DNA of 64,000 nucleotides from Gemmatimonadota bacterium. GTDB taxonomy: Bacteria > Gemmatimonadota > Gemmatimonadetes > Gemmatimonadales > GWC2-71-9. The DNA lies in assembly GCA_039588295.1 (NCBI GenBank), contig JBDHAB010000019.1:32001-96000 (forward strand), in the 5' to 3' direction. The notes below the pieces were generated by a model. The model worked only from the letters and a program-made list of their open reading frames with translations, made no database searches and was not told the origin of the DNA. Shown here piece after piece: positions 39,605-49,802 of this stretch (position 1 is the first letter of the stretch; every line of letters starts with the position of its first letter). The position numbers and the translations under genes are program-made.

Positions 39605-40773
39605 GCGCCGCCCCACTCGTTCTTCACCACGCACGCGAAATTGAAGCCGCCCTGGTGCGCCGGGGCGTTGCGCCGTCGCAGGCCGCCTCGGCTGCCCGGG
39701 GCGTGCAGTCCGTGGCACTGGTCTTTGATGCGATAGACGCGGACATGCGTGATCGCCTCGGCCGTGAGGCGTCGCGCGCGGGACTCGATTGCCTGACGGG
39801 GACCGAATGGGCGTTGCTGGCGGGCGGGGTGTCCCGTTTGGCGGGACTGGCACGCCCGGGCGCGTCTTCCCTCCCCGAGCCCGTGGCCCACGTGCTTGGC
39901 AGCTCCTTGGCGGCGTTGGTCGAGCGCCCGCGGGCCTGGAATCTGGGGAGGGGCTCGGTTCCGCTCGATGGGCCCGTGGTGGTCGGGATTCTGAACGTGA
40001 CGCCCGACTCGTTCAGTGACGGAGGTCGCTATCTGGATCCCGATGCGGCCTTGCGGCAGGCCGAGGCCTTGCTCGACCAGGGAGCGGCGATGCTCGATCT
40101 GGGGGCGGAGTCCACGCGCCCGGGGCGGCCAACTCCCGTTTCTCCCGATGAGGAATGGGAACGCCTCGAACCTGTGCTCGCGCACCTCATCACCAGATTC
40201 CCGGACGTCCCTGTCAGTGTGGATACCGTCAAGGAAGCGGTCGCGCGACGCTCGCTCGAGGTCGGTGCCTGGGCGATCAACGATGTCTCAGGGTTACGGC
40301 TCGATCCCGGCGTGGCCGACGTGTGCGCGGAGTTCCAGGCCGGGCTCATTCTCATGCACTCGCGCGGTACGGTCGCGGACATGGCGACTTACGACCACGC
40401 GCAGTACGACCACGTGGGCGAAGCGGTCGTGCGGGAGCTCACGGTGGCAGCGCGCCAGGCGGAGCGTCGTGGGGTCGCCAGCGACCGGATCGTGGTGGAC
40501 CCGGGGCTGGGATTTGCCAAGACGCCGGCGCAGACGCTGGCTGCCATGCGGGATCTGCGAATGCTCGCGTCGCTCGGGTATCCGGTAATGGTCGGGCCGT
40601 CGCGCAAGCGCTTCCTGGGCACCGTGACAGGGCGGGAGGTCGACGCGCGCGACGGGGCGACGGCGGCAGCGTGCGTCACTCAGTATCTTATGGGGGCTGT
40701 ATTCTTTCGGGTTCATGCCGTCGGTCCGACGCATGAGGCACTGGCCGTTGCGCACGCAGTACGGAGCGCCTGA
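39601..40773 (+). CDS. folP: Dihydropteroate synthase with N-terminal extension
   Basis: GILNVTPDSFSDGG, GAESTRPG, NDVSG, DPGLGFAK, SRKRF, RVH. Confidence 0.95.
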   Translation: MSAAPLVLHHAREIEAALVRRGVAPSQAASAARGVQSVALVFDAIDADMRDRLGREASRAGLDCLTGTEWALLAGGVSRLAGLARPGASSLPEPVAHVLGSSLAALVERPRAWNLGRGSVPLDGPVVVGILNVTPDSFSDGGRYLDPDAALRQAEALLDQGAAMLDLGAESTRPGRPTPVSPDEEWERLEPVLAHLITRFPDVPVSVDTVKEAVARRSLEVGAWAINDVSGLRLDPGVADVCAEFQAGLILMHSRGTVADMATYDHAQYDHVGEAVVRELTVAARQAERRGVASDRIVVDPGLGFAKTPAQTLAAMRDLRMLASLGYPVMVGPSRKRFLGTVTGREVDARDGATAAACVTQYLMGAVFFRVHAVGPTHEALAVAHAVRSA

Positions 40774-41576
40774 TGTGGTTTGAGCAACTCACACTGCTGA
40801 TTCCCGATTGGTACGACGTCATCGAGATCCTCATCGTGGCGTACGTGATCTATCGGCTGTTGCTGTTCCTCGCCGGCACCCGCGCGCTGCAGATCATGGT
40901 TGGGATCACCGCGCTGGTGCTGATCTACTTCGCGGCCCTCGTGCTCAAGCTGAACATGATTACCACGCTCCTCGGCGTGGTGTTCACCTATGGTGCCTTC
41001 GCGGCGATCGTCGTGTTTCAACCGGAGCTCCGCCACGCGCTGGCGCGACTGGGGCGGTCTCGCGTCATCAGTTTCCTCGCCGGTTCGAGCAAGCAAGCGG
41101 TCGCGGACGAAATTGCGGAGGCGGTCGGCCGCTTGGCGCGAAACGGAACGGGGGCAATCATCGCGGTGGAGCGAGACGTATCGCTGGATCAGTACGTTGA
41201 GAGCGGCACCGTCATGCGCGCCACCGTGTCCGCCGATCTCCTCGCGACGATCTTCACGCCCTACTCGCCGCTGCACGATGGTGCGGTCATCATCCGTGGC
41301 GATCAGATCGTCGGTGCAGGCTGCGTCCTTCCGCTCACCCAGTTCCCGGTCAGCGACCGGTCGCTGGGCACCAGGCATCGTGCTGCCCTTGGTCTCTCGG
41401 AGGAAGCCGACGCGATCCTGATCGTGGTGTCGGAGGAAACGTCCAAGATCTCCGTCGCTGTGCGCGGCATGATCCGGCGGGGACTCACTCCCGATCAGGT
41501 CCGCGAAGCCCTGGCCAAGACCGCAGGGTCAGGCCTTGCGTTATCCGCCGCTCGGAGTGACGCTTCACCCGCCTAA
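40773..41576 (+). CDS. cdaA: Diadenylate cyclase CdaA/DacA
   Basis: Three N-terminal TM helices, FQPELR, HDGAVII (DGA) and GTRHRAA (RHR). Confidence 0.93.
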   Translation: MWFEQLTLLIPDWYDVIEILIVAYVIYRLLLFLAGTRALQIMVGITALVLIYFAALVLKLNMITTLLGVVFTYGAFAAIVVFQPELRHALARLGRSRVISFLAGSSKQAVADEIAEAVGRLARNGTGAIIAVERDVSLDQYVESGTVMRATVSADLLATIFTPYSPLHDGAVIIRGDQIVGAGCVLPLTQFPVSDRSLGTRHRAALGLSEEADAILIVVSEETSKISVAVRGMIRRGLTPDQVREALAKTAGSGLALSAARSDASPA

Positions 41577-41590
41577 CGACCACCGCTCCG

Positions 41591-44119
41591 ATGCTGGATG
41601 TGAACACGAAACAGGCAGCGATCGAGACCCAAGCTGACACCGCGCCCTACCGGTTGGCGGTGGCGGTGTTCGGCGTGGTATTCGCCGGCTATGTCGTCAC
41701 GTTGGCGCCGACGGTGACGTTCTGGGACGCGGGCGAGTTCATCGCCGCGGCGAGCATCCTCGGTATCCCGCATCCGCCGGGGACGCCACTCTTCGTGCTC
41801 ATGGGGAATGTCTGGGGGAGCCTGGTCCCCATCGGCGAATTCGCTTTCCGCACCAACCTGATGACGGCGGTGTTCAGCGCCTCAGCGGCCGGGCTGTTCT
41901 TCCTGCTGGTCGCCAAAGCGCTCCGCGGGTGGTCGGCAACGCGGGGTCCGGAGGACGAGGACCGGGTGTTCGTGCTCGGTGGGGCGGTAGCGGCCGCCCT
42001 CGTGTCTGCCTTCGCGTTCACCGTGTGGCAGAACTCGAACGAGACCGAAGTCTACATGGTCTCGGCGTTCAGCATCGCGGCCGTGTCGTGGCTCGCCTGG
42101 ATGTGGCGTAAACACCGCGGGGGTGAGCGAGCCCCCCACGTGCTCCTGCTCATCGTCTATCTCGGGGCCGTCTCGCTAGGCAGCCACCTGCTCACGCTGC
42201 TCGTGGGGCCGGCGCTGATCGGGTATATGTGGCATGTGCTACGAACCGAGCCCCTTGCCGACGAACGCGATCGGCGGACGGAGTGGGCGCAGTGGGCGGT
42301 GGTCGTCGGGATCTGGGCGCTCCTGATCGGGATCGGGTTGGGCAGCAAGGGCCTGCTGATTGTCGGCGGCATCGCGTTCCTCGGCGCCGCACTGTACGCC
42401 ACATCGCTCGGCGCCCTGCCGTTTGCCGCGACGGTGCTGGCGATCGGGCTCGTCGGTGCCTCGACCTACTTGTTCCTGCTGGTCCGGTCCCAAGTCGGTC
42501 CCCTCATCAACGAGGCCGATCCGTCGACGTGGGAAAGTCTGTGGGCGGTGATCCGCCGTGAGCAGTATCCACCGCGCTCACCGATCGACAACCCGATCTA
42601 CACCCTGCGGGAAGGCGGAGTCACCGACCGGATCGGAAACTTCATTGGCTGCCTCTTCCAGTTTGTGGACGGCCCCGTACAACCTGGCGAGGCGGTCTTC
42701 GGTATTCCCGACTGCTACGCGGTCCGCAGCATCCCACTCATGGGGCGGCAGCTCCAGATGTACTTGCAGTACTTCGACTGGCAGTGGGTCAACGGCCTCG
42801 CACCCACCGAGCCGGTCTTCGCGCGGGCGCGCCTCCCCGTCACGTTGATCTTCATCACCCTCGGGGTCTATGGCGCGTGGGTCTTACGCCAGCGCGATCG
42901 GTCGGTGTTCTGGCTCCTCATGCTGCTGTTCTTGACGACCGGCCCGGGCCTTGTGGGCTACATGAACTTCAAGCCGGGGTACTCGCTCGCGTGGGATCTG
43001 TTTCCCCAAATCGAGATGCACGAAGTCCGCGAACGGGACTACTTCTTCACCGTGTCGTTCCAGACGTGGGGGCTCTTTGTCGGCATCGGCTTGGCCGGGA
43101 TGTACCGGCGGCTTCGGGCCCGACTCGAGACCGGCGCAGCAGGACCGGCCCGGGCGCGTCTGGCGGCGGGCGTGTTCGTCTTGGCGCTGGTGCCGCTCGC
43201 CGTGAATTTCCGCGCGGCAAGCCGTCGGCACGGTCCCGAGGCAATGTTGGCGCGTGACTTCTCGTACAACCTGCTCCAGTCCGTCGAGCCGTACGGAATC
43301 GTGTTCACCAACGGGGACAACGACACATTCCCGTTGTGGTACCTGCAGGAGGTTGAGGGTGTCCGGCAGGACGTCTCCGTCGTGAACCTCTCGCTCGGGA
43401 ACACCGACTGGTACATCCGTCAACTCAGGGACAACCCCATCCGCGCGTTCGACCCGCAGCAGGCACCGTGGTATGCCGACATGGCCCCCGGCGCGCCGCC
43501 GGGGCCGCTGCTCACTCTCACTGACGATGAGATCGCGCAGTTGGGCTCGCGTCTGCTCGCGCGCACACTCACGTTCAGCGCCGGCAGGCTGTCGCTCACG
43601 TACCCGGAGAACTCGGCGCTGTACACCTACGACATGCTGATTATCCGGCTCATCCAAGAGAATTGGCAGCGACGGCCCATCTACTTCTCGATGACGGCGG
43701 GGTCGGAGAACTGGGGTCGCATGCGGGAGTATCTGAGCCAGCAGGGACTGGTGTTCGCACTGCATGTCGCCGCACCGCCCGACACCGCACGGCTCGCACC
43801 CGGGCTGTTCGGCGGCGTGCCGATCGACGTGGTCCGCACGGACTCCCTTGTCTGGGACGTGTACCGCTATGCGGGCCTGTTTGACGTCGATACGCTCACG
43901 CTCGATCCGACGAATCGCAACATCACCGTGAACATGAGTTACCCGTTCTATGGCCTGGGGCTGGCGTACGAGACGCTTGGCGATTCCGCGCGAGCCGCCG
44001 AGAACATCCGCCGCGGGCTCCACCTCCAGTACATTCCCGATGTCGCGCGAGCGCTGGATGCCAACGCGGCAATCTTCACGGGCCCACCCACGCTGGACGA
44101 CACGCTGCCGCGTCGCTAA
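41591..44119 (+). CDS. DUF2723 multi-pass membrane protein (TMEM260-like glycosyltransferase)
   Basis: WDAGEF, GIPHPPG.PL, E.EVY, REQY, ERDYFF, GDNDTFPLWY.QEVEG.R.DV. Confidence 0.88.
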   Translation: MLDVNTKQAAIETQADTAPYRLAVAVFGVVFAGYVVTLAPTVTFWDAGEFIAAASILGIPHPPGTPLFVLMGNVWGSLVPIGEFAFRTNLMTAVFSASAAGLFFLLVAKALRGWSATRGPEDEDRVFVLGGAVAAALVSAFAFTVWQNSNETEVYMVSAFSIAAVSWLAWMWRKHRGGERAPHVLLLIVYLGAVSLGSHLLTLLVGPALIGYMWHVLRTEPLADERDRRTEWAQWAVVVGIWALLIGIGLGSKGLLIVGGIAFLGAALYATSLGALPFAATVLAIGLVGASTYLFLLVRSQVGPLINEADPSTWESLWAVIRREQYPPRSPIDNPIYTLREGGVTDRIGNFIGCLFQFVDGPVQPGEAVFGIPDCYAVRSIPLMGRQLQMYLQYFDWQWVNGLAPTEPVFARARLPVTLIFITLGVYGAWVLRQRDRSVFWLLMLLFLTTGPGLVGYMNFKPGYSLAWDLFPQIEMHEVRERDYFFTVSFQTWGLFVGIGLAGMYRRLRARLETGAAGPARARLAAGVFVLALVPLAVNFRAASRRHGPEAMLARDFSYNLLQSVEPYGIVFTNGDNDTFPLWYLQEVEGVRQDVSVVNLSLGNTDWYIRQLRDNPIRAFDPQQAPWYADMAPGAPPGPLLTLTDDEIAQLGSRLLARTLTFSAGRLSLTYPENSALYTYDMLIIRLIQENWQRRPIYFSMTAGSENWGRMREYLSQQGLVFALHVAAPPDTARLAPGLFGGVPIDVVRTDSLVWDVYRYAGLFDVDTLTLDPTNRNITVNMSYPFYGLGLAYETLGDSARAAENIRRGLHLQYIPDVARALDANAAIFTGPPTLDDTLPRR

Positions 44120-44199
44120 GGCGGGACGGCCGGCACCCTTCCGGGTTCCCAAGCGGCGCGGCTTTGCTTCGCTGCAAGGCACGGCTACCATTAAGGGTT

Positions 44200-44895
44200 A
44201 TGGATTTTGCGGTGCTTCCTGACAACCTCCGCCGGGTGCGAGATACCATTGCGCGTACGCAAGCGAAGGAAGGACTCACCGCGGAGGTGCGCATCGTCGC
44301 CGTGACAAAGGGCCATCACCCGGCGGCTGCGCGGGCGGCCGTGGCCGCCGGCCTCGCCGACCTGGGAGAGAACCGCGTGCAGGAGGCGATCACCAAGATC
44401 GATGGATTGGCCAGCCTGGAGGCGCGGTGGCATCTGATTGGCCACCTGCAGACGAACAAGGCGAAGTACGTTCCGGAGCGCTTTGCGATGGTCCACTCGG
44501 TAGATAGCGCGCGAGTGGCTCGGGCGCTGCACGGCGCGATGGAGCAGCGGGCACCATCCGATCGGTTGCCCGTGCTGCTGCAAGTCAACATGGCAGGAGA
44601 ATCCCAGAAGAGCGGGTGTGAACCCGACGAGGCACAGGACGTGGCGCGCGCCGTCACGAGCTTCTCGCGACTCGAGCTCAAGGGCCTCATGACCATGGCG
44701 CCACTGACGGATGACCAGGTGGTCCAGCGGCAGGTCTTCGGCGATTTGCGTCGGTTGCGCGATCATCTCGAGCTGGTGGGATTCTCGCTGCCGGAGCTTT
44801 CAATGGGAATGTCCGGGGATTATGAGGCAGCCGTCGCCGAGGGCGCGACGATCTTGCGTTTGGGTACTGTGCTGTTTGGAGAACGGCCGACATGA
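44200..44895 (+). CDS. yggS: PLP homeostasis protein YggS/PLPBP
   Basis: AVTK, GENRVQE, WHLIGHLQTNK, GLMTMAP, LSMGMSGDY, RLGT.LFG. Confidence 0.95.
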   Translation: MDFAVLPDNLRRVRDTIARTQAKEGLTAEVRIVAVTKGHHPAAARAAVAAGLADLGENRVQEAITKIDGLASLEARWHLIGHLQTNKAKYVPERFAMVHSVDSARVARALHGAMEQRAPSDRLPVLLQVNMAGESQKSGCEPDEAQDVARAVTSFSRLELKGLMTMAPLTDDQVVQRQVFGDLRRLRDHLELVGFSLPELSMGMSGDYEAAVAEGATILRLGTVLFGERPT

Positions 44896-45380
44896 ACGAC
44901 AACGAATTCCGACTCACGCCGGCGGATGTACGAACGCAGGAGTTTCGGCGCGTCCCGCTCGGGTACGAAGTGGCAGGCGTCGAGGAATTTCGCGGGCGGA
45001 TGGCGGACGAACTGGAACGACTCCTGCGCGAACGTGCGGCGCTGGAAGAACGGCTGCACAGTTTCCGTGAGCAGCTCAAAGCGTTCCGCGAGCGGGAAAA
45101 GGCGCTCAACGACGCCGTCGTGATGGCCCATCAGGTACGGACCGACATCGAGCAATCGGCAAAGCGCGAGTCCGAGTTGGCAATGCGGGAGGCACGGGCC
45201 AAGGCCGATGACATTCTCAATGGCGCCCGGAAGGCCGAGACTTTCGTGCGGCACGATCTTGAGGAGGCGCAGCGCCAGTTCAGTGCGTACCTCGCGGCGT
45301 TCCGTCGACTGCTCGAGCGGCAGCTCGCCCAGGTCGACGCCCTCGCCGACCAGGAGCGAGACGGGAGCCCGCCCGAGTGA
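44892..45380 (+). CDS. divIVA: DivIVA domain coiled-coil protein
   Basis: LTPADVRTQEF..VPLGY...GVEEF N-terminus followed by coiled coil. Confidence 0.85.
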   Translation: MNDNEFRLTPADVRTQEFRRVPLGYEVAGVEEFRGRMADELERLLRERAALEERLHSFREQLKAFREREKALNDAVVMAHQVRTDIEQSAKRESELAMREARAKADDILNGARKAETFVRHDLEEAQRQFSAYLAAFRRLLERQLAQVDALADQERDGSPPE

Positions 45381-46213
45381 GCACCTCGACGTCGAGGTTG
45401 CGGGAGGAGATCGAGCGGGCCGTTCAGGAGATCCGCGGCGTCACAAAGGCGGAGCCGGCCGTGGCCGTGATACTGGGAACCGGACTCGGGGGGCTGGCCG
45501 AAGCGCTCGAGCTGGAGGCGGAAATCCCCTACGAGGCCATTCCCGGATTCCCGCTCTCCACGGTGGAGTCGCACTCGGGTCGTCTGCTGTTCGGGCGCGC
45601 GGGGCGGCAGCACGTCGTCGCCATGCAGGGCCGGTTCCACCGATACGAAGGCTATACGCTGCGTGAGATAGCGTTTCCGGTTCGGGTGATGCGGGCGCTG
45701 GGCGCGGGGACGCTGGTCGTGTCGAATGCGTGCGGCGGCTTGCACCCACTCTGGGCACCCGGTGATCTCGTGCTACTCGCGGACCACATCAACCTCCTCG
45801 GTGACAACCCGCTTATCGGTCCCAATGACGAGGCCCTTGGGCCGCGTTTCCCGGACATGTCGCAGCCGTATGACGAAGGACTGCGCTCGATCGCCCGTCG
45901 GGTTGCCCGGGATCTCAAGCTTGTGCTCCGTGAGGGCGTGTATGTCGGCGTCACGGGTCCGGCCCTCTCGACGGCGGCTGAGTATCGCTACTTGCGTGGC
46001 ATTGGGGCGGACATCGTTGGCATGTCGACGGTTCCCGAAGTCATTGTCGCGGTCCATGGCGGTCTCCGGGTGCTCGGCCTGTCGGTGATCACCGACGCGT
46101 GCCTCCCGGATGCGCTCGAGCCGGTGGATGTCGCCACGATCATCCAGACGGCGAAGGATGCCGAGCCACAGTTGACCCGGTTGATCACGGGCGTGTTGGA
46201 GCAGCTGCCCTGA
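45377..46213 (+). CDS. punA: Purine nucleoside phosphorylase (trimeric type)
   Basis: ILGTGLG, GRFHRYEG, NACGG, PRFPDM, VGMSTVPE. Confidence 0.92.
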   Translation: MSTSTSRLREEIERAVQEIRGVTKAEPAVAVILGTGLGGLAEALELEAEIPYEAIPGFPLSTVESHSGRLLFGRAGRQHVVAMQGRFHRYEGYTLREIAFPVRVMRALGAGTLVVSNACGGLHPLWAPGDLVLLADHINLLGDNPLIGPNDEALGPRFPDMSQPYDEGLRSIARRVARDLKLVLREGVYVGVTGPALSTAAEYRYLRGIGADIVGMSTVPEVIVAVHGGLRVLGLSVITDACLPDALEPVDVATIIQTAKDAEPQLTRLITGVLEQLP

Positions 46214-49200
46214 TGGGGTACGAACCGCTTCACTACTCGACGCCCGACGCGTTCGAAGCGGCCATGCTGGAGCAGTGGCGTGCGGACGATCTGTTTCACC
46301 GCACGCTCGAGGCGACGGCGTCGGGGCAGCCCTTTGTGTTCTATGAAGGCCCGCCGACGGCCAACGGACGACCGGGTGTCCATCATGTATTTGCGCGAAC
46401 GATCAAGGATCTGATCTGCCGCTACCACACGATGCTCGGTGAGTCGGTGACGCGTATCGCTGGCTGGGACACGCATGGGCTTCCTGTGGAGATCGAAGTC
46501 GAGAAGGCGCTCAACATCAGCGGGAAGGCGGACATCGAGCGGTTCGGTGTCGCCGAGTTCAACGCTCGCTGCCGAGAGAGCGTCTTTCGGTACAAGGCAG
46601 ACTGGGAATCCCTGTCCGAGCGGATCGGCTATTGGCTCGATTACTCGAAGCCGTACATCACGTACACTAACGACTACATCGAAAGCGTGTGGTGGCTGCT
46701 CAAGCAGCTGCATGAGCGCGATCTGTTGTACCTGGGACACAAGGTCTTGCCGTACTGTCCGCGATGCGGCACGGCACTGTCGAGTCACGAGCTCGCACAA
46801 GGATACGAGACGCATCGGAGCCCTTCGATCCATGTGCTGTTTCGTCTTCGTGGAGAGGCAAAGCGCTACCTCCTCGTGTGGACGACGACGCCGTGGACGC
46901 TGCCGTCCAATGTCGCGGTCGCGGTCCACCCGGACTTCCGGTATGTCGAGCACGAGGTTGATGGGCGGCGCCTGATCGTCGAGAAGGTGATCGCCGAGCA
47001 GCGTGTGGTTCCCGGAGCGACGGGCGGGGAAACGCTGGCGGCGTTCCCACGGGTCGCCGAGCACATGGGAAGGGATTTGGTCGGACTCGAGTACGAGCAG
47101 TTGCTCGATGCGGTGCACGTGGATCCGGACCAGGCCTTTCGAGTCGTCGCCGGGGACTTCGTAACAAACGAGGAAGGCACGGGCCTGGTGCACATCGCCC
47201 CGGCGTTTGGCGCGGACGACTACGCCACGGGTCAGCGGGAGGGGTTGGCCTTCGTGAACCCGGTGGACGGCGAGGGTCGGTTTGCCAACACGACGTGGGC
47301 CGCGCTCAATGGGGTGGGAGTGTTCGACGCCAACCCCATGATCGCCGAGCGACTCGCACACGAGCGGAAGGTGTTTGGCCGTTATCAACCAGAAGGGTAC
47401 GAGCACACGTATCCCTTCTGCTGGCGCTGTGACTCGCCACTGATCTACTACGCCCGCGAGTCCTGGTTCGTCGGCACTACGGCGTTCCGCGACCGCATGC
47501 TGTCGATCAATAGAGAGATTTCGTGGTCACCGCCCGAGGTCGGGGCGGGCCGGTTCGGTGAGTGGCTGGAGAACAACGTCGACTGGGCGCTGTCGCGGGA
47601 CCGGTACTGGGGGACGCCGCTCCCAGTGTGGTTGTGCGACCGGCACCCCGAGCATCGTGTCGTGATTGGCTCCTACGCGGAGTTGGCGGAGCGATGGGGG
47701 CGGGGACTGCCGGCGGACTTCGATCCGCACAAGCCGTTCATCGATGAGTACGTGTTCGCCTGCTCCCAAGCGGGCTGTGGCGGAACGATGCGGCGCGTGT
47801 CGGGGGTGATCGACGCGTGGTTCGATTCGGGTGCGATGCCATACGCGCAATGGCACTATCCGTTCGAGCACCGTGAAGCATTCGAGCGCCAGTTCCCCGC
47901 CGACTTCATCTGCGAGGGATTGGACCAGACCAGGGGCTGGTTCTATTCGTTGCTCGCCATCGCCGCGGGCGTCTCTGAGGGTCCTGCGTATCACAACGTG
48001 ATCGTCAACGGTCTCGTGCTCGATGCCGACGGTCGGAAGATGTCCAAGCGGGTTGGTAACGTAGTGGATCCGTGGGACGCGGTACGCGAGTTCGGCGCCG
48101 ATGCGGTCCGCCTCTATCTGCTGGCGTCGTCGCAGGTGTGGCTACCCAAGCGGTTCGACGTGTCGGCCATTCCGGAGGTGGCAGCGGGGTTCCTCAACCG
48201 GCTGCGGAACACCTACGGGTTCTATGCGCTGTATGCCGAAGACTGGACGCCGGACCATGTGCCGCCAGTCGACGGCCGGCCGTTGGTCGACCGCTGGTTG
48301 TTGAGCCGCCTGGATGCACTCGTGACCACGGTACGGGATGCCTGGTCGGACTATGATGTCACGACTGGGGTGCGCGCGATTATCGAGTTCTGTGATTCGG
48401 AACTGTCGAACTGGTATGTCCGCGTGAATCGCCGTCGGTTCTGGGCACCCGACGCCAGCGCCGATCCTCAAGCGCTCGCGACATTGCACGAGACGCTGGT
48501 TACGCTCACGCAATTGCTTGCGCCGGCGGCACCGTTTCTCAGTGATGCCATTCACCGGCGCCTCACCGGGCAGTCGGTACACATTGCGGTGTTCCCGGTC
48601 GACAGGGGGCGTAGCGACCCGAACCTTGATGTCGCGATGGATGCGGCGCGCCGGCTCGCCTCCCTGGCGCGCGCGGCTCGCGAGTCGGCCGGCCTGCGCG
48701 TGCGCCAACCACTGGCTGTGATGCAGATCGCGGTGCCTACCGCCGCTCGCGGGCCCGCGCTCGACGCCTTCCTCGACGTGCTCGCGACCGAGGTCAACGT
48801 CAAGACCGTTACCGTCGTGGCCTCGGATGAGGAACTCGTGCGCCTCAGAGGCAAACCGAATTTCCGCACGCTTGGCAGGATCTATGGAAAGGACACTCCA
48901 CGCGCCGCCCGCGCGGTCGCGGCGCTTACGGCGACCGAACTCCGGAGTCTCGAGGCCGGCACTCCGGTATCGGCCTCGTACGACGGCCGGTCGTTTGACT
49001 ACGGTCCGGAGGACGTGGTGATCGAGCGCGAGGTGTTGACGGATTGGCTGGTGCAGAGCGACGGCCCGCTCGTCGTTGCCTTGAACCCGCACCTGACCGC
49101 TGAGCTGCGGCAGGAGGGGTTGGCACGGGAAGTGATCAATCGAGTGCAGAGACTACGCAAACAGGCGGGATACGATTACAATTCGCGGATCACGTTGGGC

Positions 49201-49407
49201 ATCTCGGGGCCTGATGAGGTGGAGGCAGCGGTGGCGGCGTTTCGTGCGGTGATCGGGGCCGAAACGCTTGCGCGGCAACTCGAGGTGGGGAGTACCATTC
49301 CGCGCGCCGAGGGCCAGGAGGCCGTCGACATCGACGGTCGGGAGGTGCTGCTCTCGATGCGGCGGACGGCGGATCACGGGTCAGCGGACGATTCAAAGGA
49401 AGTATAG
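46213..49407 (+). CDS. ileS: Isoleucine-tRNA ligase, type 2
   Basis: EGPPTANGRPGVHH, GWDTHGLPVE, WTTTPWTLPSN, DWALSRDRYWGTP, EGLDQTRGWFY, KMSKR; type-2 C-terminus (EGLARE..NRVQ.LRK); TGATG coupling. Confidence 0.97.
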   Translation: MGYEPLHYSTPDAFEAAMLEQWRADDLFHRTLEATASGQPFVFYEGPPTANGRPGVHHVFARTIKDLICRYHTMLGESVTRIAGWDTHGLPVEIEVEKALNISGKADIERFGVAEFNARCRESVFRYKADWESLSERIGYWLDYSKPYITYTNDYIESVWWLLKQLHERDLLYLGHKVLPYCPRCGTALSSHELAQGYETHRSPSIHVLFRLRGEAKRYLLVWTTTPWTLPSNVAVAVHPDFRYVEHEVDGRRLIVEKVIAEQRVVPGATGGETLAAFPRVAEHMGRDLVGLEYEQLLDAVHVDPDQAFRVVAGDFVTNEEGTGLVHIAPAFGADDYATGQREGLAFVNPVDGEGRFANTTWAALNGVGVFDANPMIAERLAHERKVFGRYQPEGYEHTYPFCWRCDSPLIYYARESWFVGTTAFRDRMLSINREISWSPPEVGAGRFGEWLENNVDWALSRDRYWGTPLPVWLCDRHPEHRVVIGSYAELAERWGRGLPADFDPHKPFIDEYVFACSQAGCGGTMRRVSGVIDAWFDSGAMPYAQWHYPFEHREAFERQFPADFICEGLDQTRGWFYSLLAIAAGVSEGPAYHNVIVNGLVLDADGRKMSKRVGNVVDPWDAVREFGADAVRLYLLASSQVWLPKRFDVSAIPEVAAGFLNRLRNTYGFYALYAEDWTPDHVPPVDGRPLVDRWLLSRLDALVTTVRDAWSDYDVTTGVRAIIEFCDSELSNWYVRVNRRRFWAPDASADPQALATLHETLVTLTQLLAPAAPFLSDAIHRRLTGQSVHIAVFPVDRGRSDPNLDVAMDAARRLASLARAARESAGLRVRQPLAVMQIAVPTAARGPALDAFLDVLATEVNVKTVTVVASDEELVRLRGKPNFRTLGRIYGKDTPRAARAVAALTATELRSLEAGTPVSASYDGRSFDYGPEDVVIEREVLTDWLVQSDGPLVVALNPHLTAELRQEGLAREVINRVQRLRKQAGYDYNSRITLGISGPDEVEAAVAAFRAVIGAETLARQLEVGSTIPRAEGQEAVDIDGREVLLSMRRTADHGSADDSKEV

Positions 49408-49418
49408 GAATCGGCACT

Positions 49419-49802
49419 ATGAAGAAGAAATACTTGACCCATCTCGAGAAGCGACTGCTCGAAGAACGGGGTCGCGTCATGAAGGAGCTCGGGCACTACG
49501 ACGAGCAATTCAGTGGCACGCTCCAGGCGTCAGATGGGGACCTGTCATCGTATTCGTTTCACATGGCCGATCAGGGCACGGATGCCATGGAGCGCGAGAA
49601 GCAGTTCCTGTTCGCCTCCAAAGAAGGGCGCTATCTCTGGCACGTGAACGAAGCACTCCGGCGGCTCTACAGCGCCCCTGGGGACTTTGGGAAGTGCCAC
49701 GAGTGTGGGGACGAGATTGACTTCGACCGGCTCGACGCGCTCCCGCACGCGCGCTTGTGTATCAAGTGCAAGGCCAAGGAGGAAGATGCCAAGCGGGAGT
49801 AA
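49419..49802 (+). CDS. TraR/DksA C4 zinc-finger protein
   Basis: HMADQGTD coiled-coil tip, CHEC...RL.ALP.ARLCIKC. Confidence 0.9.
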   Translation: MKKKYLTHLEKRLLEERGRVMKELGHYDEQFSGTLQASDGDLSSYSFHMADQGTDAMEREKQFLFASKEGRYLWHVNEALRRLYSAPGDFGKCHECGDEIDFDRLDALPHARLCIKCKAKEEDAKRE

